Part shown: positions 33,739 to 42,606 of the stretch, piece by piece
Position numbering within the stretch: the stretch's first letter is position 1
How the letters are laid out: each line of letters begins with the position of its first letter
Assembly (NCBI GenBank): GCA_965140395.1
Contig: OZ223205.1
Span: forward strand, 144,197 to 208,196
From: an uncultured Parvibaculum sp.
GTDB taxonomy: Bacteria > Pseudomonadota > Alphaproteobacteria > Parvibaculales > Parvibaculaceae
Direction of reading: 5' to 3'
DNA: 64,000 nt
Notes under the pieces: generated by a model
Databases searched by the model: none
What the model was told of the DNA's origin: nothing
Seen by the model: only the letters and a program-made list of their open reading frames with translations
Position numbers and translations under genes: made by a program

Positions 33739-34422
33739 TCAGAGCGCCACGCCGAAATGACGGCGAAAGGCCGCCTGCCCCTTGCGCGTGACCGTGAGCC
33801 CGCGCCCTTCCGCCTGCCGCGCAACCCAGCCCGCCTGGAGGCTTCGTTCGGCGAGCGCCGCGCCGAGCGACCCGGCGAGATGCGGTTCCCGCTCGCTCCA
33901 GTCCAGACAGGCACGTGCAAACTTGCGGCGCTTGCCGAGCGCGGCCTCGACATCGAGCCCCAGATCCTCCTCGAGGAAGCGGCGGCCGGAACCGGTGAGA
34001 TGAAAGGCCTCACCGCGAAGGCGCAAATATCCCGCCTTCATCATCGCCTGCGTCAGCGCAACGCCGAGACGGCCCGCCAGATGGTCGTAGCAGGTGCGTG
34101 CGGCGCGTATGTCGCGCGACAAAGGTTGCACTTTCTCCCGAGGCAAGTCGTCGGCGAGCAAGGCCAGCCCTTCCACCGCCTCAGCCACGCGGTGACCGCC
34201 CAGCCGGTAGAAACGATGCCGGCCGCGCGCCTCCATCTCGACAAGCCGCGCATCCCGCAACCGGGCGAGGTGACCGCTCGCCGTCTGGGGCGACACGCCC
34301 GCGGCTTCAGCCAGGGCGCTTGCCGAATGCGACTCACCATCCATCAGGAGATCGAGCATCAGGGCGCGCGCGGGGTCGCCCATGAGGGCGGCGATGGTGG
34401 CGAATGACGGGAAACCTTCCAT
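33739..34422 (-). CDS. ArsR/SmtB family transcriptional regulator (two-domain)
   Basis: ALMGDPARALMLDLLMDGESHSASALAEAAGVSPQTASGHLARLRDARLVEMEARGRHRFYRL is a winged HTH. Start at ATG 34422. Confidence 0.8.
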   Translation of the reverse strand: MEGFPSFATIAALMGDPARALMLDLLMDGESHSASALAEAAGVSPQTASGHLARLRDARLVEMEARGRHRFYRLGGHRVAEAVEGLALLADDLPREKVQPLSRDIRAARTCYDHLAGRLGVALTQAMMKAGYLRLRGEAFHLTGSGRRFLEEDLGLDVEAALGKRRKFARACLDWSEREPHLAGSLGAALAERSLQAGWVARQAEGRGLTVTRKGQAAFRRHFGVAL

Positions 34423-34491
34423 AGTTCGATATTCACCGAAACATGAATGCATCGCAAGGCCGATACTCCCCTATCGCAAAGGGAGACCGCC

Positions 34492-35139
34492 ATGCCTGCC
34501 ACATTCGATGAAACACTCGCCTATCTGGAAGAAAACTATCTGACGCTTGAGGCGTTGGCGCAGAGGAGCGATGTGCCGCCGATGCGCATCGAGGAATTGA
34601 TTTCATGGAACTGTCTGCCGCCTCATTCGCATGAGGCCGAACTCACCATCGCCGTGACCACCGCCATCAGCGGACGGCACGAGGCTGCTCCGAAGCGCAT
34701 CCGCTACTACCACCGCTCGCTGGTCGCACTTGCCATTGAGGCTGACCGCCTCGCGCAAGCCAAAGGGCTTAACGCTGCCGCCACCGATATTCGCCAACAG
34801 TTCGAGAGGGAGGTGGCCGAAGCCGCCAGATCGGCGACGGATGAAACCATCAAGGGTGCGTGGAAAGCCTGGTGCGACGGCACTTATGGCGTCTGCCTGA
34901 AAGAGGTCGCGCCCGGCAACATGATCCGAAAGGTCGCCGCAACCCAAAAAATGCAGGGGCTGCTCGACAAGGCACAATCAGCACCGCTCGATGCATCAGA
35001 GATAGCCGAGCTGAGAGACGCTACGCAGCGATATGAAGAGGTCACCGGCCCCTTCGGCCCGCATGAAGTCGCGGACAGCACAAGAGGCCGTGTCTATGAG
35101 CCTGCGATGCGGCTGCTGGGGGAGAGGAGAGAAAGCTAA
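34492..35139 (+). CDS. hypothetical protein
   Basis: 215-aa ORF from ATG 34492 behind a gggag RBS, divergent from the ArsR gene. Composition matches the backbone. No family assigned with confidence. Confidence 0.6.
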   Translation: MPATFDETLAYLEENYLTLEALAQRSDVPPMRIEELISWNCLPPHSHEAELTIAVTTAISGRHEAAPKRIRYYHRSLVALAIEADRLAQAKGLNAAATDIRQQFEREVAEAARSATDETIKGAWKAWCDGTYGVCLKEVAPGNMIRKVAATQKMQGLLDKAQSAPLDASEIAELRDATQRYEEVTGPFGPHEVADSTRGRVYEPAMRLLGERRES

Positions 35140-35155
35140 CCTGTTGGTCTTGTGT

Positions 35156-35845
35156 CTACTTGTTAAAGAAGAGCATGAACACCCCAGGGTAAAGGTGAAC
35201 TCGATCTTCACCTTCCCAATCAAAGCGAGATTCACGAGCAATAGGTGGTGACGACCAAACCCATGCGAACGAGCCCGATTGCTTTACATCCTTCAAGAGT
35301 TTGTGCTGCCAGTCGGTAGGTATCGAATCTAGAGATTTGCTTTCAGAGAAGTATGGCACCAAAAACACAATGGCGGTACGGCGCCAGCTTGAACTACAAT
35401 AGTTCTTTCTGGAACTATCCAATGCCGCTTGCTTAAGCTCGGATATCCTCTGTCCAAAGGACTTTTGAGAATGGGAAAGCGAGTACCATCCCATCTTCGC
35501 CTCGCAGATATGATCCACTCCCCTTCCACCTTTTGTAACAGGAGAGGAAAGATACAAATCCGCCCGACCAGCAAAATTGCGTAGTCGGCTTTGCTTGCTC
35601 CCGGCCGAGATCTTCTCGACCTTATCTGTACGGTACTCTTCCAAGGCGAGCCATTTTGCTCGCCATGCAGCACCGGCCAACATCGAGACCGACGCTCGCT
35701 CATTGTAGAAGTAGGGAAGATCCCAAGCCTTTCCCTCACTCGTCCAAGCTGAACAATATTCAAGATTCAGTTCGTGCCACTCTTTGAAAAGGCTATTGAA
35801 TTTCCTCTTATGACTCTGAACGTGGGCATCGCCTTCGATACCCAA
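35156..35845 (-). CDS. hypothetical protein with a PD-(D/E)xK-like motif (orphan, AT-rich islet 2)
   Basis: 229 codons opening with TTG, about 47% G+C in a sampled line. GRADLYLSS-x11-ICEAKMGW fits D...ExK of restriction-endonuclease-fold proteins, with an upstream helix NERASVSML. Confidence 0.5.
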   Translation of the reverse strand: MGIEGDAHVQSHKRKFNSLFKEWHELNLEYCSAWTSEGKAWDLPYFYNERASVSMLAGAAWRAKWLALEEYRTDKVEKISAGSKQSRLRNFAGRADLYLSSPVTKGGRGVDHICEAKMGWYSLSHSQKSFGQRISELKQAALDSSRKNYCSSSWRRTAIVFLVPYFSESKSLDSIPTDWQHKLLKDVKQSGSFAWVWSSPPIARESRFDWEGEDRVHLYPGVFMLFFNK

Positions 35846-35928
35846 GAGATAGCGCTCATCAATAAAACATTTGAAATCGATTTCTTTAATATCCCTATCC
35901 TCCGGCAGGCTGAACGATCCGGCTCATC

Positions 35929-37935
35929 TCAAGCCGCTTCGTCGGAATAGTCCACGAGGCGCACGATCTCGGACATGATGTCGTTGATCTGGAAATCCTT
36001 GGGCGTGTAGACGGCCGCCGCGCCTTCGCGCATCAGGATCTGCTCGTCGTCGGGCGGGATGATGCCGCCGACGACGACGGGGATGTCGCCGATGCCCGCG
36101 TCCTTCATCAGGCGGAGGACTTCGGTGACGAGCGAGACGTGGGAGCCGGACAGGATGGAGAGCCCGACCACATGGACGCCTTCTTCCAGCGCGGCATTGA
36201 CGATCTGCGCGGGCGTGAGGCGGATGCCTTCATAGACGACCTCCATGCCGCAATCGCGCGCGCGCACGGCGATCTGTTCGGCACCGTTGGAATGGCCGTC
36301 GAGGCCGGGCTTGCCGACGAGGAATTTGAGACGACGGCCAAGCTTGGCGGAGACTGCGTCGACCTGGCTGCGCACTTCATCCAGGTGCGAAGAGTCCGCG
36401 CGCATGGACTGCGAGACGCCGGTCGGCGCGCGATATTCGCCAAAGACCTCGCGCAGCGCCGCGCCCCACTCGCCCGTGGTGACGCCCGCTTTCGCGCAGG
36501 CGATGGAGGGCTCCATGATATTGGCGCCGGACTTCGCGGCGTCTTTGAGCGCGGCGAGCGTCTTTTCCACCGCATCATTGTCGCGCTTGTCGCGCCATGC
36601 CTTCAGCGCGGCGACCTGCGCGGCCTCCACGCCTTCCTCGATGACGTGAATGTCGCCCGAGCCGGTAGAAAGCGGCGACGGGGCCGTCTCCTCATATTTG
36701 TTGACGCCGATGACGCTCATGCGGCCCGCCTCGATATCGGCGAGACGCGCGGCATTCGATTCCACGAGCTTCTGCTTCATGTAAGCGTTCTCGACGGCGG
36801 CGACGGCGCCGCCCATCTCGTCGATGCGCTGAAGCTCTGCGCGGGCTTCGTCCTTGAGCGAGGAAACTTTCGCCTCCATCACTTCGGAGCCGTCGAAGAT
36901 GTCGGCATATTCCAGAAGGTCGGTCTCATAGGCGAGGATCTGCTGCGCGCGCAGCGACCATTGCTGGTCCCAGGGGCGCGGCAGGCCGAGCGCCTCGTTC
37001 CAGGCGGGAAGCTGCACGGCGCGGGCGCGGGCTTTCTTGGACAGCGTCACGGCCAGCATCTCGATCAGGATTCGGTAGACATTGTTTTCCGGCTGCTGCT
37101 CGGTGAGGCCGAGCGAGTTCACCTGCACGCCATAGCGGAAACGGCGGAGCTTTTCGTCCTCGACGCCATAGCGCTCGCGGCAGATCTCGTCCCAGAGATC
37201 GACGAAGGCGCGCATCTTGGCGATCTCGGTGACGAAGCGCACGCCCGCATTGACGAAGAAGGAGATGCGGCCGACGACCTTGGCGAAATCGGCGTCCGGC
37301 ACCTGCCCGCTCGCCTTCACATGGTCGAGCACGGCGCAGCCCGTCGCCAGCGCAAAGGCCAGTTCCTGCACCGGCGTCGCACCCGCTTCCTGCAGATGGT
37401 AGGAGCAGACATTGGTCGGGTTCCATTTCGGCATTTCCGAATAGGTGAAGGACACAATATCGGTGATGAGGCGCATGGAGGGCTCGGGCGGGAACACATA
37501 GGTGCCGCGCGAGAGATATTCCTTGATGATGTCGTTCTGCACCGTGCCGGTGAGCTTCGCGCGGTCCGCGCCATGCTCGTCGGCGACCGCGATGTAAAGC
37601 GCCAGCAGCCAGGCCGCCGTCGCATTGATGGTCATGGAGGTGTTCATCTCCTCCATGGGGATCTGGTCGAAAAGGACGCGCATGTCGCCGATATGGGAGA
37701 CGGCGACACCGACCTTGCCGACCTCGCCCTTGGCCAGCACATGGTCTGAATCATAGCCGGTCTGGGTCGGCAGATCGAAGGCGACGGAAAGGCCCGTCTG
37801 GCCACGCGACAGATTGGTCCGGTAGAGCTCGTTGGAGGCCTTGGCATTGGAATGGCCCGCATAGGTACGGAAAATCCATGGCCGATCCCTTTGAACCGTC
37901 TTGCCGCCCGCGCCCTTATTGTCCTGATCCGCCAT
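35929..37935 (-). CDS. ecm: ethylmalonyl-CoA mutase (MeaA-type single-chain B12-dependent acyl-CoA mutase)
   Basis: PWIFRTYAGHS...GQTGLSVAFDLPTQTGYDSDH...NTSMTINA...CSYHLQEAGATP and a C-terminal B12-binding domain (GKPGLDGHSNGAEQIA). The ecm rather than mcm assignment rests on the fused architecture and the ccr/mcd context. Confidence 0.8.
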   Translation of the reverse strand: MADQDNKGAGGKTVQRDRPWIFRTYAGHSNAKASNELYRTNLSRGQTGLSVAFDLPTQTGYDSDHVLAKGEVGKVGVAVSHIGDMRVLFDQIPMEEMNTSMTINATAAWLLALYIAVADEHGADRAKLTGTVQNDIIKEYLSRGTYVFPPEPSMRLITDIVSFTYSEMPKWNPTNVCSYHLQEAGATPVQELAFALATGCAVLDHVKASGQVPDADFAKVVGRISFFVNAGVRFVTEIAKMRAFVDLWDEICRERYGVEDEKLRRFRYGVQVNSLGLTEQQPENNVYRILIEMLAVTLSKKARARAVQLPAWNEALGLPRPWDQQWSLRAQQILAYETDLLEYADIFDGSEVMEAKVSSLKDEARAELQRIDEMGGAVAAVENAYMKQKLVESNAARLADIEAGRMSVIGVNKYEETAPSPLSTGSGDIHVIEEGVEAAQVAALKAWRDKRDNDAVEKTLAALKDAAKSGANIMEPSIACAKAGVTTGEWGAALREVFGEYRAPTGVSQSMRADSSHLDEVRSQVDAVSAKLGRRLKFLVGKPGLDGHSNGAEQIAVRARDCGMEVVYEGIRLTPAQIVNAALEEGVHVVGLSILSGSHVSLVTEVLRLMKDAGIGDIPVVVGGIIPPDDEQILMREGAAAVYTPKDFQINDIMSEIVRLVDYSDEAA

Positions 37936-38117
37936 GACCTGTCCGCTCTCTACTCGAGGATGGATACGCGGCGGAAAGGCGTACCGCCCCTGCCTGCCGC
38001 GAGGTAAGGGCCATTATCACACCCCTTGCCGCACCGCAAAAGGGAAAGCCCGGCCTTCTGCCCCGAAAGGGCGGAAAACCGGGCCCGGATTTGCCTGAAT
38101 GCGGCGGACGGTCCCGC

Positions 38118-38573
38118 TCAGTAGCGGTTCACGTTCACCAGTATGTCGACGATGATGCCGGTCGCAATGGCAACCAGGATGATGTCGTTACCCGCCATGT
38201 AATAGCGATAGCCGGGATAACGCGGCAGACGCTTCAGCAGCACCGGCGGCACATCGTAATACCGGACATTGGCCGGGCGCCGGTGGCCGACGCGGAAGCG
38301 CGCACCGCGGGGCAGCGGCTTGTACTGGTGCATCTTGTGATGGCGGTAATAGTTGCGTACCTCGCGGCTGTCCTGCCAGCGGAACTGCGGGCGCTCCTGA
38401 CGATGCTGCTTGTATTGCTGCGGACGCTGCTGGGGAGAGCGCTGCTGCTGTTGCTGGTTGTAACGCGGCCCCTGCCCCTGCTGGGCAAAGGCCATGCCCG
38501 GCGCGCCCGCCATGGAGAGCGCCAGCGCGACGGAAAGGGCCCGCGTCACGGGCTTGCTGGTGACGAATTTCAT
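38118..38573 (-). CDS. secreted RcnB-like small protein with a Gln-rich linker
   Basis: Signal peptide ...ALSMAGAPGMAFA, Q-rich tract, and a C-terminal GYRYYMAGNDIILVAIATGIIVDIL motif. Confidence 0.6.
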   Translation of the reverse strand: MKFVTSKPVTRALSVALALSMAGAPGMAFAQQGQGPRYNQQQQQRSPQQRPQQYKQHRQERPQFRWQDSREVRNYYRHHKMHQYKPLPRGARFRVGHRRPANVRYYDVPPVLLKRLPRYPGYRYYMAGNDIILVAIATGIIVDILVNVNRY

Positions 38574-38728
38574 GCGATCGGCTCCTGCTCGATATCTGCC
38601 CCGCCCTGCCGGTAAAGCTTAGCGGGGCCGGATATCAGCATAAGCTGATATATTGCCGCAGAGGCGACCCTGATCTAACGCAAAAAACCCGTATTTCCCG
38701 TCGCAACCGGGCGTCGGCGCCTTTCCTG

Positions 38729-39223
38729 TCAGCGGATGCCGGTCAGCACATCCACGATGATCCCCGTCGCCGCCTTCACGAGCAGCACGTCATTGCCGAC
38801 GAGAAGCCGCTCATAGCCGTCGCGGGCCGGCAGCTGCGCCTTGAGTGTGGAGGGCAGATAGCGCTTGGCGATGCCGGGCGGCAGCGGCTTGCCGCGCTGC
38901 AGGTTCCTCGCAATGCCCGGCGGCAGGGGTTTCGTCTCCACCGGATGCGCGCCGAAATAGTTGCGGATGATGTCCGCCTCGCTCGTACTGAAACGCACAT
39001 TGATGGAGGCATCGAGAATCTCATTGCCAGCCTTGCCCTTGCCGGCAGGGCCGGGTTTGCCCGCATGCGGATTGCCATGCGCGGCATTGCCCTTGCCGGG
39101 GCCCGTCATCTTGCCGGGCGGGTCGGCAAAGGCGGAGGCGGGCGCGAGCGCCAGGGCGAGCGTCACACCGGCGACGAGAGGACGCTTCCATGCATGTGTC
39201 ACTTTCGTCTCCTTCATAACCAT
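38729..39223 (-). CDS. secreted CigR-like small protein
   Basis: Signal peptide ...ALALAPASAFA, repeated LPPGIA.. motifs, and a C-terminal GYERLLVGNDVLLVKAATGIIVDVL. Confidence 0.6.
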   Translation of the reverse strand: MVMKETKVTHAWKRPLVAGVTLALALAPASAFADPPGKMTGPGKGNAAHGNPHAGKPGPAGKGKAGNEILDASINVRFSTSEADIIRNYFGAHPVETKPLPPGIARNLQRGKPLPPGIAKRYLPSTLKAQLPARDGYERLLVGNDVLLVKAATGIIVDVLTGIR

Positions 39224-39303
39224 GGCGGTTAGAGGAGCAACAGCCTATGGCAATAAAATGACGCCGGGAAAGATCCCCGTTCTAGAGTTGAGGCATATCC
39301 GCC

Positions 39304-41139
39304 TCAATTTGCGGCCCTTTTCAGTATCTCCAGCATCTCCCCGAACCGGGTGATGGCGATGAGATGGCCCTCGCCGGGAAAGAGCCTGAAATCAGCGACC
39401 GGAATATTCTTCAGCATACGGCTCACATCGTCGGGCTTGTTCATGCGGTCGTCCTCGCCGAACCAGACGGTTACCGGCGCCGTGAGCCCGGCCAGATCGA
39501 GCGACTTTTTCTCGGCGAACATCTGCGCCTCGCGCACCGGCCCTTCCCGCGTCACATCGAGCCCCTCGATGACGCCGTCGACGAAAAACGGCACCAGCGA
39601 GGGATCGCGCTCGATCACCGCGGCATCCGCCGCCGACCCTTCGAAGAAGCGTTTGATCATCGGCCCGAGGAAGCGCCGCGAGCGCTTGGAGCGGATGATG
39701 GAAAACACCGCATCGATGAGCCAGGGGTGGCGCCGAAGCCCACCGAAAAACTCCGCCGCCGGATGGGTGCGCTCCATATCCGGCTGGAACACGAGACGCG
39801 GCGCGACGAGCATCACGCCCGTGACGCGCTCGCCCAGTTCCGCGCCCGCGGCCAGCGCGAAAGGCGCGCCCGACGCCCAGGCGAACATGGCGGCCCGGCG
39901 CAGGCCCAGATGGTCGGCGAGCGCACGGCAATCGCGCGCACAGCTCGCATAGTCGAAATCGGGATCGGGCGTCGACAGACCGGCGCCCGGCCGGTCCACG
40001 CTGATGAGGCGCACGCCCGCGCGCCGCGCCGCCTCGATTTCCTCCGGCCGCATCAGGCCCGACACGATGAGGCTCTGAAAGACGAAGACGGGAAAGCCGT
40101 CGCGCGCGCCGAGATCGCGATAGGCAAGCGCGCGGGCCTGACCGTTCCCGTCAGCCGGCAGATGGAAAATCCGCCGTCCGTCGCCGCCCTCCGCATCCCG
40201 CGGCGTCTCGCCCGACGGCGTATCGAGAAAGGCCGCAACCATGTTGAGTTCGACGAGGTGGCGCACCAGATCGCTCTGCCGCTTGATGCCGAGCTTTTCG
40301 AAAATGCTTTTGAGCTGGTTGCGCGCCGTATTGACGGAAATATTGAGATCCGCCGCCGCCTCTTTCAGCGCCAGGCCGGATTTGAGCCGGGCGGCAAGGC
40401 GTTCCTCCGCAGGGGTGAGGCCCAGCGCCAGACGGACATCCGGCCCGCGCTGCGCGCCGCCCCGTTCGGGCGCGGCGAGCGCGCAGAGGAGCCGGTCGCG
40501 CTCCAGCGGCTCGCCGCCGGCACGCAGCATGGCCGCAGGAACGGATGAGGGCGGCACGAGATAGCAAAGAAGGTCGACCCCGCCTTCATCGGAGAGAAAG
40601 CGCATGATGGACGGCCCGGCGGCGCTCTCCCCGGCCCGTTTCAGCGCATCGGCGAAATTGTGTCCGTGTTCTTCCGAGGCGAAGGAAAGGCGCCTGCCCG
40701 TTTCGAGCGTCGCGACGACCTCGCCGAACACCTCCGCGCCGCTGGCATTGCAGCCTGCGACACGGCGCTCGCGATCGATCAGCAGATAGGCGTAAGGGGC
40801 GTCCGGCGCACTTTCATCCGAGCGGTGCAGCCGGTCCGCCAGCTCCTGCGCGCGCAGAAGATGCGAGACGACGACATCGCGGAACGCATTGTCCGGTGCG
40901 CCGGTCGTCTCCTCCGGCGCGTCATCCGCCGCCGCGCCGCCGTCGAGATGTTCGAGCAGGCGGATCAGGTCTTCCCAATTGTCCGGGATCGTGGCGAAGC
41001 CATAGACGGCATCCACCGCCTCGGCGATTTCATTTCCCTTTATGGGCTGCGCCGTTCCGACGCCGCCCCCCGGCCCGCTTTCCACAACCGCCCTCACGCA
41101 TGACACCCCGAACAGGCGGACAGTATAGAACAAAAACAA
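39304..41139 (-). CDS. LuxR-type HTH regulator fused to a C-terminal alpha/beta-hydrolase fold domain
   Basis: Central LuxR HTH (LTPAEERLAARLKSGLALKEAAADLNISVNTARNQLKSIFEKLGIKRQSDLVRHL), then an alpha/beta-hydrolase-like region (FPVFVFQS...VDRPGAGLS...FAWASGAP...LFPGEGHL). The start is uncertain: TTG 41139, or GTG about 41085 behind gaggg. Confidence 0.7.
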   Translation of the reverse strand: MFLFYTVRLFGVSCVRAVVESGPGGGVGTAQPIKGNEIAEAVDAVYGFATIPDNWEDLIRLLEHLDGGAAADDAPEETTGAPDNAFRDVVVSHLLRAQELADRLHRSDESAPDAPYAYLLIDRERRVAGCNASGAEVFGEVVATLETGRRLSFASEEHGHNFADALKRAGESAAGPSIMRFLSDEGGVDLLCYLVPPSSVPAAMLRAGGEPLERDRLLCALAAPERGGAQRGPDVRLALGLTPAEERLAARLKSGLALKEAAADLNISVNTARNQLKSIFEKLGIKRQSDLVRHLVELNMVAAFLDTPSGETPRDAEGGDGRRIFHLPADGNGQARALAYRDLGARDGFPVFVFQSLIVSGLMRPEEIEAARRAGVRLISVDRPGAGLSTPDPDFDYASCARDCRALADHLGLRRAAMFAWASGAPFALAAGAELGERVTGVMLVAPRLVFQPDMERTHPAAEFFGGLRRHPWLIDAVFSIIRSKRSRRFLGPMIKRFFEGSAADAAVIERDPSLVPFFVDGVIEGLDVTREGPVREAQMFAEKKSLDLAGLTAPVTVWFGEDDRMNKPDDVSRMLKNIPVADFRLFPGEGHLIAITRFGEMLEILKRAAN

Positions 41140-41196
41140 GACGGGCCGCGCATCTCTGCGCGGCCCGCCTGCAATTCACTTGGCAGCCTGTCTGGA

Positions 41197-42300
41197 TTAC
41201 TCGGCCGCCGTCGCCCCGGCGCTCATGCCCTGGGCACGAGCGGCGATGCTGGCGATATGGGCGGAGCGGGCATCGAACTCGCGGGCGATGCTTTCGTCTT
41301 CGTCCTGCAGCGCCTGCACGTCCTGATCGGCATACTGGATGACGCCCATCTCTTCATAGCCCTTGCGGATCTTGTCGCCCCACAGGCCGACATCCTTCAC
41401 GATGGGCAGAATGCGCGTGAAGAGCGAGTTGCGGAACATCTCCATGAAGCCGGAGTTGTACATATGCTCGCCGCACTTCACCGGGTCGAGGCCGAGATTC
41501 TGCCAGACCTCCACCGCGTCGAAACGGTCGCGCATGAGATAGCTCGCTTCCAGCAGGAATTCCTCGCGCTCGTCGCGTTCGGCCTGGGTGAGCTGCGGGT
41601 AATAGTCCCGGAGCGCCAGACGCCCGAAGGCGACGTGACGGGATTCGTCCTGCATCACGTAAGCGTTCACTGCCGCGCAAAGCGGGTTCTGCGCATTGTC
41701 GCGGATCTGCGCGAAGGAGGCGAGCGCCAGGCCCTCGATCACCACCTGCATGCCGAGATAGGTCATGTCCCAGCGGCTATCGCGCAGCGTCTGCTCGATG
41801 AGGTCCTTCAAAGGCTTCGTCATCGGATAGACGACTTCGAACTTCGACAGGAGCTTCTTGTAGGCCTCCACATGGCGGGCCTCGTCGATCACCTGGGTCG
41901 AGGCATAGAACTTGGAGTCCATGTCCGGCACCTGGGTGACGATCTTCGCCGTGCAGATGAGCGCGCCCTGCTCGCCCTGCATGAACTGCGAGAGCTGCCA
42001 GGCCTGAAAGTGCTTGCGCACATTGGCCTTCTCCTTGCGCGACATCTTCTCGAATTCGGCCATCCCGTTGATCGGCAGCATCTCGTCGGGAAGCTGTTCG
42101 GGATTGTCCTCATCGAGTTCCTGCGACCAGTCGATGCGGGTTTCCGCATCCCACTGCATCTCCTTGCCCTTCTGGTAAAGGCCCATCATCGCGGTGCGTT
42201 CGGGATCGTATTCCCAATTGAACATCGCATCGTAATTCTGCGGGACGTCCCAATGGCTGTCGTCCAACGCAAGCGTGTACATGTCCTTGATCTGCTTCAT
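41197..42300 (-). CDS. ferritin-like diiron-carboxylate protein (AurF/desaturase-like oxygenase fold)
   Basis: Two E...ExxH pairs (QGEQGA...IDEARHVEAY and VIEGLA...QDESRHVAFG). Start at ATG 42300 behind gggaggag. ORF-track start is 42375. Confidence 0.7.
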   Translation of the reverse strand: MKQIKDMYTLALDDSHWDVPQNYDAMFNWEYDPERTAMMGLYQKGKEMQWDAETRIDWSQELDEDNPEQLPDEMLPINGMAEFEKMSRKEKANVRKHFQAWQLSQFMQGEQGALICTAKIVTQVPDMDSKFYASTQVIDEARHVEAYKKLLSKFEVVYPMTKPLKDLIEQTLRDSRWDMTYLGMQVVIEGLALASFAQIRDNAQNPLCAAVNAYVMQDESRHVAFGRLALRDYYPQLTQAERDEREEFLLEASYLMRDRFDAVEVWQNLGLDPVKCGEHMYNSGFMEMFRNSLFTRILPIVKDVGLWGDKIRKGYEEMGVIQYADQDVQALQDEDESIAREFDARSAHIASIAARAQGMSAGATAAE

Positions 42301-42606
42301 CCAAGCTCCTCCCTGAGCGATGATGCGTGTGCCGTCTAAATGCGTATCTCCACTACGCACTAGGAAGTCTAACATCTACACGCAGCGGCACAAGGAGGAT
42401 GCACAGAATGTGACGCAACGGCGCCTTGCGGGGCGGCGGGACCGCCGGAATATTGCTGCACCGCAAAAATGCCTTGCATACGCTGTGTCGAGCGCCAATG
42501 ATCCCGGCAAAACGGTCATGAAACTGTGACCATCACCCCAAGTCGTCCGCGCGCCCTTCGGTGGCAGCCTCAAATCGGGTGCGCGGCATGCGAAAGAGGT
42601 GCGCGA

